Shown one piece after another: positions 40,188 through 50,639 of a stretch of 64,000 nt of DNA. A program made the translations under genes and the position numbers. The notes beneath the pieces are model-generated. The model was not told the origin of the DNA and made no database searches. It saw only the letters and a program-made list of their open reading frames with translations. The stretch is from an uncultured Candidatus Saccharibacteria bacterium (GTDB lineage Bacteria; Patescibacteriota; Saccharimonadia; Saccharimonadales; AWTP1-31): the NCBI GenBank assembly GCA_937903325.1, contig CALCZR010000060.1, forward strand, positions 146,404 to 210,403, given 5' to 3'. Position 1 is the first letter of the stretch. Each line of letters starts with the position of its first letter.

Positions 40188-40706
40188 ATGTCATTAATAC
40201 TCATTACAGGCCTTGCGGGCACCGGCAAGTCAACAATCCGCGCCGAACTAGTATCCCGTGGCTACGCAGCATACGATCAAGATGAAGACCATCTAGCAAA
40301 GTGGTATAACGATGCAACCGGAAAAGCCGTCATAGGGAGACCTAAGCGCACGACAGAATTCTTACGAACTCACTCAAGAGACGTCAAACGGACAACCTTA
40401 CAAGGGCTAGCTACCAAAGCAGAGAATGAACTGGTATTTCTCTGTGGTGACCCAGAGAATGACACCGAGCTTAGAGACCTCTTTTCGCATGCTTTTGCGC
40501 TCAAGCTAGACGAAGTTGCACGGCAACACAGACTAGCGACAAGAACAAATAACCAGTACGGAAAAACACCTGAAGATCTTGCATATGACGCCGAAAACCT
40601 TAGGCAGTCTGCGGGTATATATAAAGAACTTAAGTACACACTAGTGGATGCGAATCGACCAACGGCAGAAATAGTTGACGACATTCTTGCGCAAGTAGAA
40701 TCATAA
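40188..40706 (+). CDS. P-loop NTPase/kinase-like protein
   Basis: ILITGLAGTGKST Walker A at the N-terminus; 172 aa. Confidence 0.5.
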   Translation: MSLILITGLAGTGKSTIRAELVSRGYAAYDQDEDHLAKWYNDATGKAVIGRPKRTTEFLRTHSRDVKRTTLQGLATKAENELVFLCGDPENDTELRDLFSHAFALKLDEVARQHRLATRTNNQYGKTPEDLAYDAENLRQSAGIYKELKYTLVDANRPTAEIVDDILAQVES

Positions 40707-40710
40707 TTAT

Positions 40711-41277
40711 ATGGACTACGACATCCTCCCCTTCAAGACTTCAGACGACTGGCGCCAGTGGCTTGAGAGTCACCATGCCAACACGGACGGTGTATGGCTC
40801 CTGCTGCGTAAGAAGGCCTCCGGGCTACCGACCGTAACCTACGCCGAAGCTCTCGACGAAGCGCTGTGCTACGGCTGGATAGATGGCCTCAAAAAAAGCT
40901 ACGACGAGACATCGTTCCTGCAGAAGTTTACGCCACGTCGCAAGCGCAGCCTGTGGTCAAAGAATAACATTGACCACGTTACCCGCCTCATCAAAGCCGG
41001 CCGTATGACTCTAGCCGGACAAGCTGAAGTAGACCGAGCCAAAGAAGATGGCCGCTGGGACGCCGCATACGACAAACCAAGTGAGATGGTTATCCCTGAA
41101 TCCTTCTTGAGCGAACTACACAAACACCCGAAAGCAGAAGCCTTCTTTGCCACCCTTAACAAATCTAATCGCTATGCTATTGCCTGGAGGCTACAAACTG
41201 CCAAGACAGAAGTTACCCGTTTACGTCGGCAAGGTAAGATCCTAGACCTGCTCAACGCCGAGCAGAAACTGACCTAG
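40711..41277 (+). CDS. YdeI/OmpD-associated family protein
   Basis: WRQWLESHH ... GVWLLLRKK ... EALDEALCYGWIDG ... FTPRRKRSLWSKNN. Confidence 0.6.
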   Translation: MDYDILPFKTSDDWRQWLESHHANTDGVWLLLRKKASGLPTVTYAEALDEALCYGWIDGLKKSYDETSFLQKFTPRRKRSLWSKNNIDHVTRLIKAGRMTLAGQAEVDRAKEDGRWDAAYDKPSEMVIPESFLSELHKHPKAEAFFATLNKSNRYAIAWRLQTAKTEVTRLRRQGKILDLLNAEQKLT

Positions 41278-41329
41278 GTATAGGCAAGCAGATACTATCC
41301 ACAAACGTACACTTTGTTATTATTGGTAT

Positions 41330-42244
41330 ATGACTAAAAGCAAAGAACAACAAACCAAGGATATGCGCGTACGAGCAACGCTCGCCAGTTTTGTACTACT
41401 CTTCATCTTAGGACTGGCCTTTGTGGTCCCCATGGTGGTAACGTTATTTAAGACAGATAAAAGCATTGATACTATCCTACGTAACGTCACAAATCAGACC
41501 AAGCAGCAGTTCGACAACGTAGACGTCTCTGACAGCCCCTGGCCCGCCCAGATGGGGTCAGAAGTGAAACTAAGAGATGCAGTGCAAACTTTCTCAATTG
41601 GCTCCCAGAGCTTCCCTACCATCAACTTCACACTCAGTGAGCCACTACCGACTGTAAAGCAAGACCCCACCAGACTAGCCAATACTCCACAAGATGCTCA
41701 CCGCGTTATTGCCGACGTCATGCAGTCAAAAGGCCTTACAGCAGATCGAACCGGGGATGAATTACCTGTCATTAATTATGTTAGCGATGCTATACATTGC
41801 GTAGAACTATATGACCGCGCACAGTCAGTACTTACCTTGTCCTGCTACTACCAGCAGCTGATCGCATCACGTTCCGAAGAATATAAGCCGTTTGTATCCG
41901 CCTACAACGAAGCAAACACCGACAAACCCATTACTACCGAAGACAGCATTGGCCCAGTCGTTATTAAAAGTAAAAACGGAACAGGCGTGATTGGATCAAG
42001 CCGAACAGCCGATTACGACATTACCGAGGCTGTAGTAATTGCCGGTAACCAAAAACAACTTGCCCTCTTCTACAACAAAGGAAATGGCCCCTGGAAATTC
42101 ATAACATCAGCTCAAGACGAATACGGCTTTACTTGCGGAAGCTTCACTACCAACCCTGAAGTACGTGCAGCAATGTATGACCAGATCTGCCTCAGCAATA
42201 CCGGCCACGTTAAACTCGACACCAACAACCGCGCGCTGCAATAA
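41330..42244 (+). CDS. hypothetical membrane-anchored protein
   Basis: 304-aa ORF with one N-terminal TM segment. No motif recognised. Confidence 0.45.
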   Translation: MTKSKEQQTKDMRVRATLASFVLLFILGLAFVVPMVVTLFKTDKSIDTILRNVTNQTKQQFDNVDVSDSPWPAQMGSEVKLRDAVQTFSIGSQSFPTINFTLSEPLPTVKQDPTRLANTPQDAHRVIADVMQSKGLTADRTGDELPVINYVSDAIHCVELYDRAQSVLTLSCYYQQLIASRSEEYKPFVSAYNEANTDKPITTEDSIGPVVIKSKNGTGVIGSSRTADYDITEAVVIAGNQKQLALFYNKGNGPWKFITSAQDEYGFTCGSFTTNPEVRAAMYDQICLSNTGHVKLDTNNRALQ

Positions 42245-42261
42245 GTGACCGACTAACTAAA

Positions 42262-42759
42262 CTATTTTCCGTGCTTCCCTTTTTTCTTCTGTCGAGCAGA
42301 TACACCACCAGCCCACAACTGACCAAGACTAATAAGCGCAGCCGCGCTCACTAAGATTGCTTGGTACTGTACAACCTGAATCCATATGGTTGTGTCTTGT
42401 ATGCCATACCGAGTCCCTTCTGGCAGATAAGGTACGATCAAGTACAACGTCATTACACCAGCAAGCAGTGCCGGAAACAAGTTCATCAGCATCTTCGATC
42501 CAGCCACCATACGACCCAGGAATAACATAGTCAGTAAAGCGGGAACGACAAGCAGGCCAATTTGCACCGACGCCATGGTTGTTTGGCTATAACTACGGGT
42601 AAACAACTGCACCATGTCGAGTGCCGTATCACCAACAAAAGTAGCCAGCACACTACCGACACAGAGCGCCATAAAGACGAGGGCAGCCTTAGTACGGGTA
42701 AGCATAATAAGCAGGGTAGGGGCTGCGACAATAAGAGCAATAACAATAAGCGGATTCAC
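42262..42759 (-). CDS. hypothetical integral membrane protein
   Basis: 165 aa, about 5 TM helices, basic C-terminus. Confidence 0.45.
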   Translation of the reverse strand: MNPLIVIALIVAAPTLLIMLTRTKAALVFMALCVGSVLATFVGDTALDMVQLFTRSYSQTTMASVQIGLLVVPALLTMLFLGRMVAGSKMLMNLFPALLAGVMTLYLIVPYLPEGTRYGIQDTTIWIQVVQYQAILVSAAALISLGQLWAGGVSARQKKKGKHGK

Positions 42760-42768
42760 GTTCCCAGT

Positions 42769-43407
42769 TTATCCTATTTTCTGGAAAGCAGCCAAAAGAA
42801 CATCACCATACTCACTAGGGGCTGGTAGATGCGCAGCCTGGACTTGCTGGTAGCCTAAATCCCCATCACAGTAATCAAGAAGCTCAATATCAGATTGCAC
42901 GCCCATATCTGAAAACGCAGTAAAGAAACCCCGGCCAACTCCATTGAGAATAGCGGCAAACCCGCCCACCTTTAGACAACCGTCAAACCAACGTAATACT
43001 TGCTTGTAGTCAACATAGTTCAGCACATCCGAGAACACCATTGCATCCGCCCCCGGGTTAGCTGGATCGCCCCACCGATGCAAGAAACCACGAAGCTGTC
43101 CTTCGGTTTCTGGATCACGACCACTTGTTAAGTCATCGAGCTCGGCCCTAAAGTGCCGCACACGGCTCGCGGTCATATGCATAATGTCAGATGGAGCAAT
43201 ATCTATACAGCCAATAGCAGGACGTCGCTCTGGTCCAAAGTCAGCATGCTCAATAAGTGATCGAGACCCTCCTCCGACGTCTAGTATTACCGGGTCCTGG
43301 CCTGGAAAATCCAACCCCTCTATCAGTGGCAAAAGATGCGGAAGCTTGAGCTCATTAACACTAAAGTGTCGACCTTCCAAATCGGTCCATAGCGCAACGT
43401 TTTTCAT
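42769..43407 (-). CDS. probable class I SAM-dependent methyltransferase
   Basis: ILDVGGGSRS motif-I-like and a FSDVLNYV post-II-like segment. Confidence 0.45.
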   Translation of the reverse strand: MKNVALWTDLEGRHFSVNELKLPHLLPLIEGLDFPGQDPVILDVGGGSRSLIEHADFGPERRPAIGCIDIAPSDIMHMTASRVRHFRAELDDLTSGRDPETEGQLRGFLHRWGDPANPGADAMVFSDVLNYVDYKQVLRWFDGCLKVGGFAAILNGVGRGFFTAFSDMGVQSDIELLDYCDGDLGYQQVQAAHLPAPSEYGDVLLAAFQKIG

Positions 43408-43439
43408 AACCGTCCGTACGCAAGCACTAGAGAACTAGT

Positions 43440-44342
43440 CTAAGCTCCGACCCTATCCTTGCGCTGCTTAGCCTTAGCATTCTGCTCAATGTACTCAAGA
43501 ATCTTTTCAGCTATGTTGCGGCCCGTTACCTTTTCGATACCAAAGCCGGGACTTGGGTTTACTTCAAGGACTAGTGGCCCTCGGTCGCTCCGCATCATAT
43601 CAACACCACAAATAGCCAGACCCATGGTCTTGGCAGCCTTAATTGCTGTCTTACGCTCTTCGTCGGTTAGTTTTACGGTAGAACCTTCCCCGCCCTGGTG
43701 TAAGTTGGAACGGAAGTCATCGTCAAGACTTTGACGCTTCATGCTCGCGACCACACGACCGCCAACAACGAAAGCACGAATATCTTCACCAGCAGACTCA
43801 GCAACAAATTCCTGTACCAAGAAGTTCACACCTTCTACGTAGAAGGCCTGCATTACCGCTTGGGCAGCTTTCTTGGTTTCGGCTAGTACCACGCCGTTGC
43901 CGTGGGTACCACGAGCTACCTTGATAATGAGCGGTGCGCCACCAGCCTGTTCGATAACGTCATCTAGAACACTGGTTTCGCGGGCAAACACGGTCTTAGG
44001 AATACCCACGTCAGCACGTGCCAGAATCTGCATAGAGCGTAGCTTGTCGCGAGACCGGTTAATAGCAATTGAGCTAGCCGTGGTATACACACCTTGCATT
44101 TCGAACTGACGGACCATAGCAGTACCGTACTTAGTAATACTTTGGCCAATACGAGGGATAATAACGTCGATATCAGCTAGTGATTCACCTTCGTAGCGAA
44201 CAACGGGGCGGCCTTTTTCTACCGTTACGTAACATTCGGCATGATTAATAACGCGGATATTGTGACCACGCTTCATAGCCTCTTCTATAAGACGCTTCGT
44301 AGAATAGTTACCAGGACCTCTGGATAGGATAGCGATGTTCAT
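43440..44342 (-). CDS. rimK: RimK-family ATP-grasp alpha-L-glutamate ligase
   Basis: MNIAILSR ... STKRLIEEA ... PLIIKVARGTHGNGV ... QEF ... GEDIRAFVVGG ... CGVDM ... LEVNPSPG. Confidence 0.88.
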   Translation of the reverse strand: MNIAILSRGPGNYSTKRLIEEAMKRGHNIRVINHAECYVTVEKGRPVVRYEGESLADIDVIIPRIGQSITKYGTAMVRQFEMQGVYTTASSIAINRSRDKLRSMQILARADVGIPKTVFARETSVLDDVIEQAGGAPLIIKVARGTHGNGVVLAETKKAAQAVMQAFYVEGVNFLVQEFVAESAGEDIRAFVVGGRVVASMKRQSLDDDFRSNLHQGGEGSTVKLTDEERKTAIKAAKTMGLAICGVDMMRSDRGPLVLEVNPSPGFGIEKVTGRNIAEKILEYIEQNAKAKQRKDRVGA

Positions 44343-44351
44343 ACTGCAACC

Positions 44352-44765
44352 TTACGTTTTAATAGCTCCAGCGTCAACCATCATTTTATTAGTCCGTAGG
44401 AACCGGCGCCCAATAAGTACCTGGTGCTTCATAGCAGAACGATCCGCAAGCGACAGTAGGATTGGATAGACTTCACCCCGAAGCACAATTTCAGTACTAA
44501 TTATATAGCGCTTCTCGCGGCCACCATTAGAACTCTTGACCGTCTTAACGTAGAAGTCTGTAGTTTGCTGTTCGTTATCAACATTACCGAATGGTACAAA
44601 GTACACGGCACGACCCTCAGGAGTGTCTCGCTCTTCAATAACAGTACAGTGCATGGCACCGGTGTAAGCACCAGTGTCAATTTTTGCCGAGATATCTTTA
44701 ACACCAAAGCCAGGGAAACTGACGTTCTCGAAGGTGCTAATTACTTTCTTTTCTATGGACTTCAT
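44352..44765 (-). CDS. RimK-associated putative ATP-dependent zinc protease (retropepsin-like, DUF785)
   Basis: AKIDTGAYTGAMH ... LIGRRFL. This is the canonical rimK neighbour. Confidence 0.65.
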   Translation of the reverse strand: MKSIEKKVISTFENVSFPGFGVKDISAKIDTGAYTGAMHCTVIEERDTPEGRAVYFVPFGNVDNEQQTTDFYVKTVKSSNGGREKRYIISTEIVLRGEVYPILLSLADRSAMKHQVLIGRRFLRTNKMMVDAGAIKT

Positions 44766-44813
44766 TATGTACTATATTATACCAGATTTACTCTATATTA
44801 TCAATATTAACCT

Positions 44814-44924
44814 TAGTTTTGTGACTGTACCCGCATATAGGCCAACACAATAATCCCCATCACTACAATAAGTATGCATATGAGCATAGGGATAAGGCCA
44901 TTCTGATCAAGTTTACGCTTCATT
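44814..44924 (-). CDS. 36-aa small membrane peptide (below ORF-track cutoff)
   Basis: MKRKLDQNGLIPMLICILIVVMGIIVLAYMRVQSQN has one clean TM helix. No convincing SD, so speculative. Confidence 0.25.
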
Positions 44925-45019
44925 GCTTTAATAGTACTTATTCTTAGCTTGCAAGTAAATACTACTGCAATAACTCCTGCTCAATCTGTTATTATAGTAC
45001 CACGTAAGCATTACCAGTT

Positions 45020-47521
45020 TTGAACAACAAACAACTATACAATCTTGAAATCCACGAAGCCCTCCACCAACTGGGGAGCTCACAGCACGGCCTCGATTCG
45101 ACGACCGCTAGTCACCGTCTTAAACAGTATGGGCCCAATGAACTCACTGCCAAAAAGACACCGTTATGGAAACGGATTATCGAGCCCTTTGCCAGCTATT
45201 TCGCCATTGTTATCATTGCGGCCGCCCTACTCAGTGTGTACGAGAAGAAATGGTTCGAAGCCGGCATTATCAGCATCATTCTGGTTGTTAACGCCGTCAT
45301 CTTCTATTTCCAACAGTTCTCTGTCGGCCGTGTTCTCAAAACACTGCGGGCCCAAGACAAGCAGAACGTCGACGTCATCCGTGGTAACCACACACATAGT
45401 GTTGCCAGTAACAAACTAGTACCGGGTGACCTCATACACGTCACAGAAGGCATGAAAATCCCGGCGGACGGTCGCCTTATTGACGTCAGTCACCTGCAAG
45501 CAGACGAATCGTTACTAACTGGCGAATCGCTACCAATACATAAAATCGCCGGAGCCATCGCCGGGAAGCAAGAAGTCTACGACCAAAAGAACATGCTCTT
45601 TAAGGGAACGTATATACGAGCTGGCACGGGACTGCTACTTATCACCCAAACCGGAAACAACACTCAACTTGGAACCATTAACAAATTAGCCGCCGAGGCA
45701 GACGAAGGCAAAACCCCCGTTGAGCAGAAGATAGACGATCTCACCAAGAAACTCCTTATTGGTATTGGTGGTGTGTCCGTCGTTGTCTTTGCACTGGCCA
45801 TCCTGCGCGGCATACACCTGGACGAAGCCCTGCGTTTCACACTTAGCCTCATTGTCTCGGCCGTCCCAGAAGGACTACCGGTAGCCATGACACTAGTGTT
45901 ACTACTCAGCGCCAACGGCATGGCTAAACAGAAAGCACTGGTCAAGAAACTTGCTGCCATGGAAACCATGGGGGCTATAACCCTAATCGTGACCGACAAA
46001 ACAGGAACTATTACCAAGAATCAATTGTTAGTTGCTGACCACTTCACCCATCACCAGAACCCTGAGAAATTCTTTCTGTCCGTACAGGCCAGCCTCAACG
46101 GCAACAAAGAACATACCCCCGACCCACTCGACGCTCTACTGGTAGAGGCGGCTGGCAGTATAAAGATTCACAAGACTTGGAAGAAAGTACACGACTTCCC
46201 CTTTGACCAAGAGCTACGCCTCAGTGGATCTGTCTGGCAAGACGACAATCATTACTACCTGTACGTTAAGGGTGCACCCGAGAAGATCATGACTCATGCC
46301 AGCCACAGCGCAGGCCTCCAAGCTGCACTGTCTGGTTTTACCTCCAAAGGCTACCGGACCATCGGCTTTGCCAGCAAGAAGCTTACCAGCCTTCCGACTG
46401 AATTAAATGCAGCAACACTCCGCAACATGGAGTTCGACGGCTTCGTCGGCTTAAGCGACCAGCTCCGTCCCAATATTCAACAGGCTATACAGCAGGCTCG
46501 CGAAGCAGGCATAAAGGTTGTCATGTTAACTGGTGACCATATTGAAACCGCTACATACGTTGGTCGTCAGACCGGCATTATCCAAGACGACGGCCACGCC
46601 GCAGACAGCAGCACCTTAGCAAGTAAGTCCGGAGACCGCATCCGGGCAGCCCTAGAAACAACCAGCGTATTTGGACGAGTCCTGCCTGAACACAAGTACG
46701 CCCTGCTAAAGGCCGTAAAAGGACACGAGATAACGGCCATGACCGGAGACGGTGTTAACGACATCCCGGCTCTTGTGGAAGCTGACGCCGGCCTAGCCAT
46801 GGGCAGCGGTGCCGACGCTGCTAAAGATGCCAGTGACATAGTGCTCATTAATAGCAACTTCATGACCATTCTAAATGCCATCCGGGCAGGCCGCACAGTG
46901 CTAGCCAACATCCGAAAAATGGTCGTCTACTTGCTCGGCACCAGCGGCGGGGAAGTGTTAACCATGTTAGCTGCACTACTACTTAACATTCCGCTACCTA
47001 TCACGGCCGTAATGGTACTGTGGGTCAACTTGGTTACTGATGGCGTGTCTGTTATACCACTGGGACTGAGTCAGAGTGAAAACCACCAGATGAAGCAAAC
47101 ACCCGCCGACCCTAAGGCGCCACTACTCGACAAAGTACACTTGAGCCGAGCAATTGTACTAAGCGTCACCATGGCAACTACGGTGCTTATAATGTTTAAA
47201 CTGCACCTGCCAAAGGGCATCGCTTACGCCCAGACCATTGCCTTCTTAAGTCTGATTGTTATTCAGTGGGCTAATGCCCTAAACATAAACTTTGAGCACC
47301 ATTCGTGGCTCCACAACTTTGTGAGGCCCAATTGGAAACTGCTTGCTGCTATTGGTGGATCCATCGCCATTAACATTGCCCTGTTCTGCACCCCACTCCG
47401 GACCTACTTTAGCCTGGAAGCACTCACCATGGCAGACGCCCTAAAAGCTACACTCATTCCGTGCGCCGTGGCATTCGCCGCCTGTGACCTACACAAGCTT
47501 GTCGTAAGAGTGACTAGATAA
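45020..47521 (+). CDS. P2-type cation-transporting P-type ATPase (Ca2+/Mg2+-like)
   Basis: TGESLP, DKTGTITKN, MLTGDH, TGDGVNDIPAL, PEGLP in TM4. TTG start. Confidence 0.88.
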   Translation: MNNKQLYNLEIHEALHQLGSSQHGLDSTTASHRLKQYGPNELTAKKTPLWKRIIEPFASYFAIVIIAAALLSVYEKKWFEAGIISIILVVNAVIFYFQQFSVGRVLKTLRAQDKQNVDVIRGNHTHSVASNKLVPGDLIHVTEGMKIPADGRLIDVSHLQADESLLTGESLPIHKIAGAIAGKQEVYDQKNMLFKGTYIRAGTGLLLITQTGNNTQLGTINKLAAEADEGKTPVEQKIDDLTKKLLIGIGGVSVVVFALAILRGIHLDEALRFTLSLIVSAVPEGLPVAMTLVLLLSANGMAKQKALVKKLAAMETMGAITLIVTDKTGTITKNQLLVADHFTHHQNPEKFFLSVQASLNGNKEHTPDPLDALLVEAAGSIKIHKTWKKVHDFPFDQELRLSGSVWQDDNHYYLYVKGAPEKIMTHASHSAGLQAALSGFTSKGYRTIGFASKKLTSLPTELNAATLRNMEFDGFVGLSDQLRPNIQQAIQQAREAGIKVVMLTGDHIETATYVGRQTGIIQDDGHAADSSTLASKSGDRIRAALETTSVFGRVLPEHKYALLKAVKGHEITAMTGDGVNDIPALVEADAGLAMGSGADAAKDASDIVLINSNFMTILNAIRAGRTVLANIRKMVVYLLGTSGGEVLTMLAALLLNIPLPITAVMVLWVNLVTDGVSVIPLGLSQSENHQMKQTPADPKAPLLDKVHLSRAIVLSVTMATTVLIMFKLHLPKGIAYAQTIAFLSLIVIQWANALNINFEHHSWLHNFVRPNWKLLAAIGGSIAINIALFCTPLRTYFSLEALTMADALKATLIPCAVAFAACDLHKLVVRVTR

Positions 47522-48395
47522 TACAGCCCAGAGCTTTGGGCACTACACTAACGGTAGCCGTGCAGTCAGCATCAAGTGTAAATACTTCGCCGTCCAGCTG
47601 GACGGGCAGGGGATCAGTAGTACGAATAGTATAGGACTTTACCTGCTTTTCATGAGGCAACCCGACAGTCGCAGATTTGACCATGGTACCAACCAGCTTG
47701 GTCATTCCCTGCTCTACGGATACTACTTCGCAAAGTCCATCATCTACTTTCGCCTGCTTAGAAAGTGAGAATATCTTGGACATTCTACCCACGTTACTGA
47801 CGATAATACTGTTCAGCTCGTGTTTCTTGCCGGAGATCTTAATAACAAACGGCTTAGACTTAACAAGAGTCTTTAGAAAGATAACTACTTCGTTAGCCCG
47901 ATTAAGCTCAGCTTCATTCAACGCCTTGCCGATTTCAGAGGTAACCCCAAAGCCAATATAGCTGTGGGCATAATGTTCCCATGGCTTACCGTTAACGGTC
48001 GCCGTTAACTTCAACACGTCTATCTTGCGCAAGTCACCTTTTTTAATACGTCGCACCACATACGGCTTATGAAGTGCTTTGTAATGGTCATTAGCATTAC
48101 CTGAAGCGAGCAAACCGGTAGCCGCACCACTGCCTTCGTTATTAGCGCGCATGACTCCATTCACGACTTCGTTGTATCCACCATCTCCGCTAGAGGCAAC
48201 AATAAGTCCATCCGGATACTTCTTAGCCGCTGCATAGGCAAGCTCTAAAGCGTGGCCTATGCGTTCAGTCGCCTTAACCTCTACGCGATCAGCGCATTGT
48301 GCTCGTTCAAGCCGCCGTGCAAATCGGCGAGCGTTCTTTTCCCCTGCTCCCGTACTATTAGGGTTATACAGGATAGTAATAGATGGATAGTGCAT
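47514..48395 (-). CDS. diacylglycerol/lipid kinase family protein (YegS/DagK-like)
   Basis: ILYNPNSTGAG, IVASSGDGGYNEVVNG, QLDGE. Confidence 0.7.
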   Translation of the reverse strand: MHYPSITILYNPNSTGAGEKNARRFARRLERAQCADRVEVKATERIGHALELAYAAAKKYPDGLIVASSGDGGYNEVVNGVMRANNEGSGAATGLLASGNANDHYKALHKPYVVRRIKKGDLRKIDVLKLTATVNGKPWEHYAHSYIGFGVTSEIGKALNEAELNRANEVVIFLKTLVKSKPFVIKISGKKHELNSIIVSNVGRMSKIFSLSKQAKVDDGLCEVVSVEQGMTKLVGTMVKSATVGLPHEKQVKSYTIRTTDPLPVQLDGEVFTLDADCTATVSVVPKALGCII

Positions 48396-48415
48396 CCCTC
48401 TTAGTGTAACAAACC

Positions 48416-48748
48416 TTATGAATTTTCTTTGATTCGGTGCAGAACAATAGCCTTGATCAGCTCTTCTGGAATTGGCTTGTCTTCGGTAAACTGCACGGTG
48501 CCCCTGCCCGTTAACGTAAAGCCTTGTAGCTGGTCAGCAAAGTGGTCTACATTTCCAAACAAACTCAGGTGATCTTTAAAGGCAGACATATTTAGGAATT
48601 GTTTGCCATCCTTCTTAAAGGTCGGCATACCGTAGCTAATAACTTCTTCTGCGTCTAGTACCGTCTTTAGTACAATGTCGCGAACTCGCTGTAAGGCTTT
48701 TTTTTGGCCTGGTGGCAAATTGTCTAGATATTCATCGATGGTATTCAT
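48416..48748 (-). CDS. DUF1801 (YdhG-like) domain protein
   Basis: IDEYLDNLPPGQKKALQRVRDIV ... ISYGMPTFK ... AFKDHLSLF. Confidence 0.6.
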   Translation of the reverse strand: MNTIDEYLDNLPPGQKKALQRVRDIVLKTVLDAEEVISYGMPTFKKDGKQFLNMSAFKDHLSLFGNVDHFADQLQGFTLTGRGTVQFTEDKPIPEELIKAIVLHRIKENS

Positions 48749-48765
48749 ACAACCAGTCTAGCAGA

Positions 48766-49452
48766 TTAGTCTTCACCGAAATGTTCTGTGAATGCAGAAT
48801 CCCAGTCAAATGTACTTTCATCTGCCGCACCGAGCATGGCAGACATGGCATCGTTTATAAGATAGTCATCACCTACTGCTAAATCATGGATAACCAATCC
48901 AGCTCCTAACCTGAAGACTCTTTGGGCATCTATATTCCCCGGAACAACGCGATTTTCAAGATCACTTAGATCTTCAAGCCGTACCGTATCTAACAAAGCT
49001 GCAAGCCCTATGCCAGCTTGTTGGCGTATTTCTGCTGACTGCTCGAAAACACTATCCACCATCTCACATAACGTAAAGTTTGAAAAATCCGTCGTGTGCC
49101 CCGCATCAAGCCGCGTCCCATAGTACTTAACTGCGAAAGTGTTTAGCCGATTCTGCATTTCGGGGTCAAAGGCGTCGATCATGAATCCTGCACCAAGCGT
49201 GAATACAGTACATACTGGCTCTGACCGCTCAGCATCATATCCGGTAACTTTGTCGTAATAGCCAAAAAAAGGTGCATGCTGAACAATGATGTGTCCATAT
49301 GGATGAGTCATCATCTTTTGACGAGCCTGAATAGCTAAGATCCTTGCATCATCACGCGCTGCATAAGCCTGGGTCCTACCTATGAGCATATCCATGCGTT
49401 GTGGCGTTAACAGACGTTCAGCAGTATCACTATTAAATCGTAGTTCAGACAT
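48766..49452 (-). CDS. hypothetical protein
   Basis: 228-aa ORF. No motif recognised. Confidence 0.45.
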   Translation of the reverse strand: MSELRFNSDTAERLLTPQRMDMLIGRTQAYAARDDARILAIQARQKMMTHPYGHIIVQHAPFFGYYDKVTGYDAERSEPVCTVFTLGAGFMIDAFDPEMQNRLNTFAVKYYGTRLDAGHTTDFSNFTLCEMVDSVFEQSAEIRQQAGIGLAALLDTVRLEDLSDLENRVVPGNIDAQRVFRLGAGLVIHDLAVGDDYLINDAMSAMLGAADESTFDWDSAFTEHFGED

Positions 49453-49512
49453 AAATTATTACGAGATCATACAACGCTAACGTGCATTACGCAAGCACAA
49501 CCAATTTAGAAG

Positions 49513-50538
49513 TTACTTTATGTACCCACCAGTGAGTGCCAAGATAATACCGAGCACTGCGCAAACTTGCCCAATAATCCAGAAGCGCATAGTGACTTTA
49601 GTTTTAGGCCAGCCTGTTGCCTCCAGGTGGTGGTGCACCGGTGCAGCAATGAATACCTTGCGGTGAAATACTTTCTTGGAGAAGATCTGTATAAGTGTCG
49701 ACCCCGCCTCAGATACGAATACTAGGCAGATAAACGGCAGCAGGAATAGGGTATCTGTTAGCATGGCTACCACGCCCAGAGCCGTCCCCAGCGCAAAGGA
49801 ACCAACATCCCCCATAACAAAGCGGGCAGGCGGTATATTGAACCAAACGTATGACAGCAGTGCACCAACAACCGTGAAACAGAATGCCGCAATACCAAAG
49901 TTACCTTGCAGGGCTGCAATAACTCCAAAGGCTGAATAAGCGCTCAGTAGCAACCCACCGGCTAGGCCATCTACACCATCTGTGATGTTCACGGCGTTAC
50001 CAGTACTAACAACAACGAGCACAAACAGTGGGATAAGTAGCCAGCCAATATGTACATCTCCTGCTAGCGGAAGCAGGATGGTGCTATACCCCAGCTTGTA
50101 GTAGAAAAACAAGGCACTGACCAGGGCTACGGCAGTAACTAGACCGAACTTAATAGGCGCCCGAAGCCCTGCCACATTACCACCCTTGCCTTTAATGTTA
50201 ATAAGGTCATCGAGGAGTCCCACAAAACCACCACCCAACAGCGCTGCTAAGGGCAGCCAAGTTTGCTCTCTGCTGAGGTTGGCAACAAGTGTTACTATCG
50301 TGATTGCCGCTATGCCCACCATACCAGCCATACGAGGAATGGTTCGCTTAATACGTAGTGCGGCAATGACTTTGAGTGCCTCGCCAGTCGTGGAGTGGGT
50401 GCGAGAACGCTTCCACCATTTGTACTTATAGGCAAAATGCGTGAACACCGGAGTTAGTAACATAGCCACACAAAATGCAAAAAAACTCAGCACCGCAATC
50501 TTAGTTATTTCATCAGTAAATTGCTCTATTGAGAACAT
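49513..50538 (-). CDS. mraY: phospho-N-acetylmuramoyl-pentapeptide transferase MraY
   Basis: NAVNITDGVDGLAGG, GDVGSFALGTALG, PVHHHLEATGWPKTKVTMRFWIIG. Confidence 0.85.
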   Translation of the reverse strand: MFSIEQFTDEITKIAVLSFFAFCVAMLLTPVFTHFAYKYKWWKRSRTHSTTGEALKVIAALRIKRTIPRMAGMVGIAAITIVTLVANLSREQTWLPLAALLGGGFVGLLDDLINIKGKGGNVAGLRAPIKFGLVTAVALVSALFFYYKLGYSTILLPLAGDVHIGWLLIPLFVLVVVSTGNAVNITDGVDGLAGGLLLSAYSAFGVIAALQGNFGIAAFCFTVVGALLSYVWFNIPPARFVMGDVGSFALGTALGVVAMLTDTLFLLPFICLVFVSEAGSTLIQIFSKKVFHRKVFIAAPVHHHLEATGWPKTKVTMRFWIIGQVCAVLGIILALTGGYIK

Positions 50539-50639
50539 GAATATCCTTTTATGTTAGTAGATTATCTGCTTGTTAGTCTAGCACAATGGGGACATCGAGA
50601 GTTGGTTTTTGGCAGCAAATACACTACCATTAACCTGTT